Virus record (IMG/VR): IMGVR_UViG_3300029498_000044 | Length of the DNA stretch: 13,541 nt | Source: a virus | Lineage: Duplodnaviria > Heunggongvirae > Uroviricota > Caudoviricetes | Reading direction: 5' to 3' (one strand) | Shown here: positions 13,525-13,541 of the stretch, in pieces | How positions within the stretch are numbered: position 1 is the first letter of the stretch | Layout: the number at the start of each line of letters is the position of its first letter | The notes under the pieces: generated by a model | What the model was told of the DNA's origin: nothing | The model's input: only the letters and a program-made list of their open reading frames with translations | Database searches by the model: none | Translations under genes and position numbers: made by a program

Positions 13525-13541
13525 TTTCTGGTGACGTTTGG
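13525..13541 (+). ncRNA. dicF: 5' end of DicF sRNA (truncated by the window edge)
   Basis: Window ends TTTCTGGTGACGTTTGG, which matches the 5' start of E. coli DicF as I recall it. It is preceded by about 340 nt of GC-rich, hairpin-rich non-coding sequence downstream of the ydfC-like gene. Confidence 0.45.

Larger units (their letters stand above)
1..13541. mobile_element. Lambdoid (Rac/Qin-like) prophage segment, Q to immunity region to dicB-operon start; boundaries outside window
   Basis: Lambdoid gene order: Q antiterminator, nin-like small genes, P-like and O-like replication genes with iterons, cII-analog, cro-like, divergent repressor, then small ORFs and dicF start. Confidence 0.85.

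Noticed and set aside
1-13541. tRNA or rRNA genes, integrase or attachment sites
   Set aside because: No cloverleaf-compatible segment, rRNA-like conserved block or integrase ORF was recognised. The prophage ends are outside the window.

Overview
This window is an internal segment of a lambdoid (Rac/Qin-type) prophage from an enterobacterial genome; both prophage ends lie outside it. The minus strand carries the early-right operon, read from high to low coordinates: a Cro/YdaS-like and a YdaT-like regulator, an O-like initiator (DUF1376-like) with two embedded iteron arrays, a lambda-P-like helicase loader, about 13 small translationally coupled genes, a hok/mok/sok type I toxin locus, a DUF968 YdfU-like protein and a QuuD-type Q antiterminator with a pR'/tR'-like pair. 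Between hok and ydfU sits the best candidate for an undescribed system: an AT-rich two-gene cassette (216-aa protein of unknown function plus an HTH_XRE-ImmA/IrrE HEXXH metallopeptidase) bracketed by two identical terminator hairpins. Convergent to Q is a divergent blc-like lipocalin lipoprotein. The plus strand at the right end holds a DicA/RacR-like repressor without an S24 peptidase domain, a terminator, a pL-like promoter, three small ORFs (51/42/72 aa, ydfABC-like) and what appear to be the first 17 nt of dicF sRNA at the window edge. No rRNA, tRNA or CRISPR array was seen. All family assignments are from reading the translations and from memory; no database search was run.
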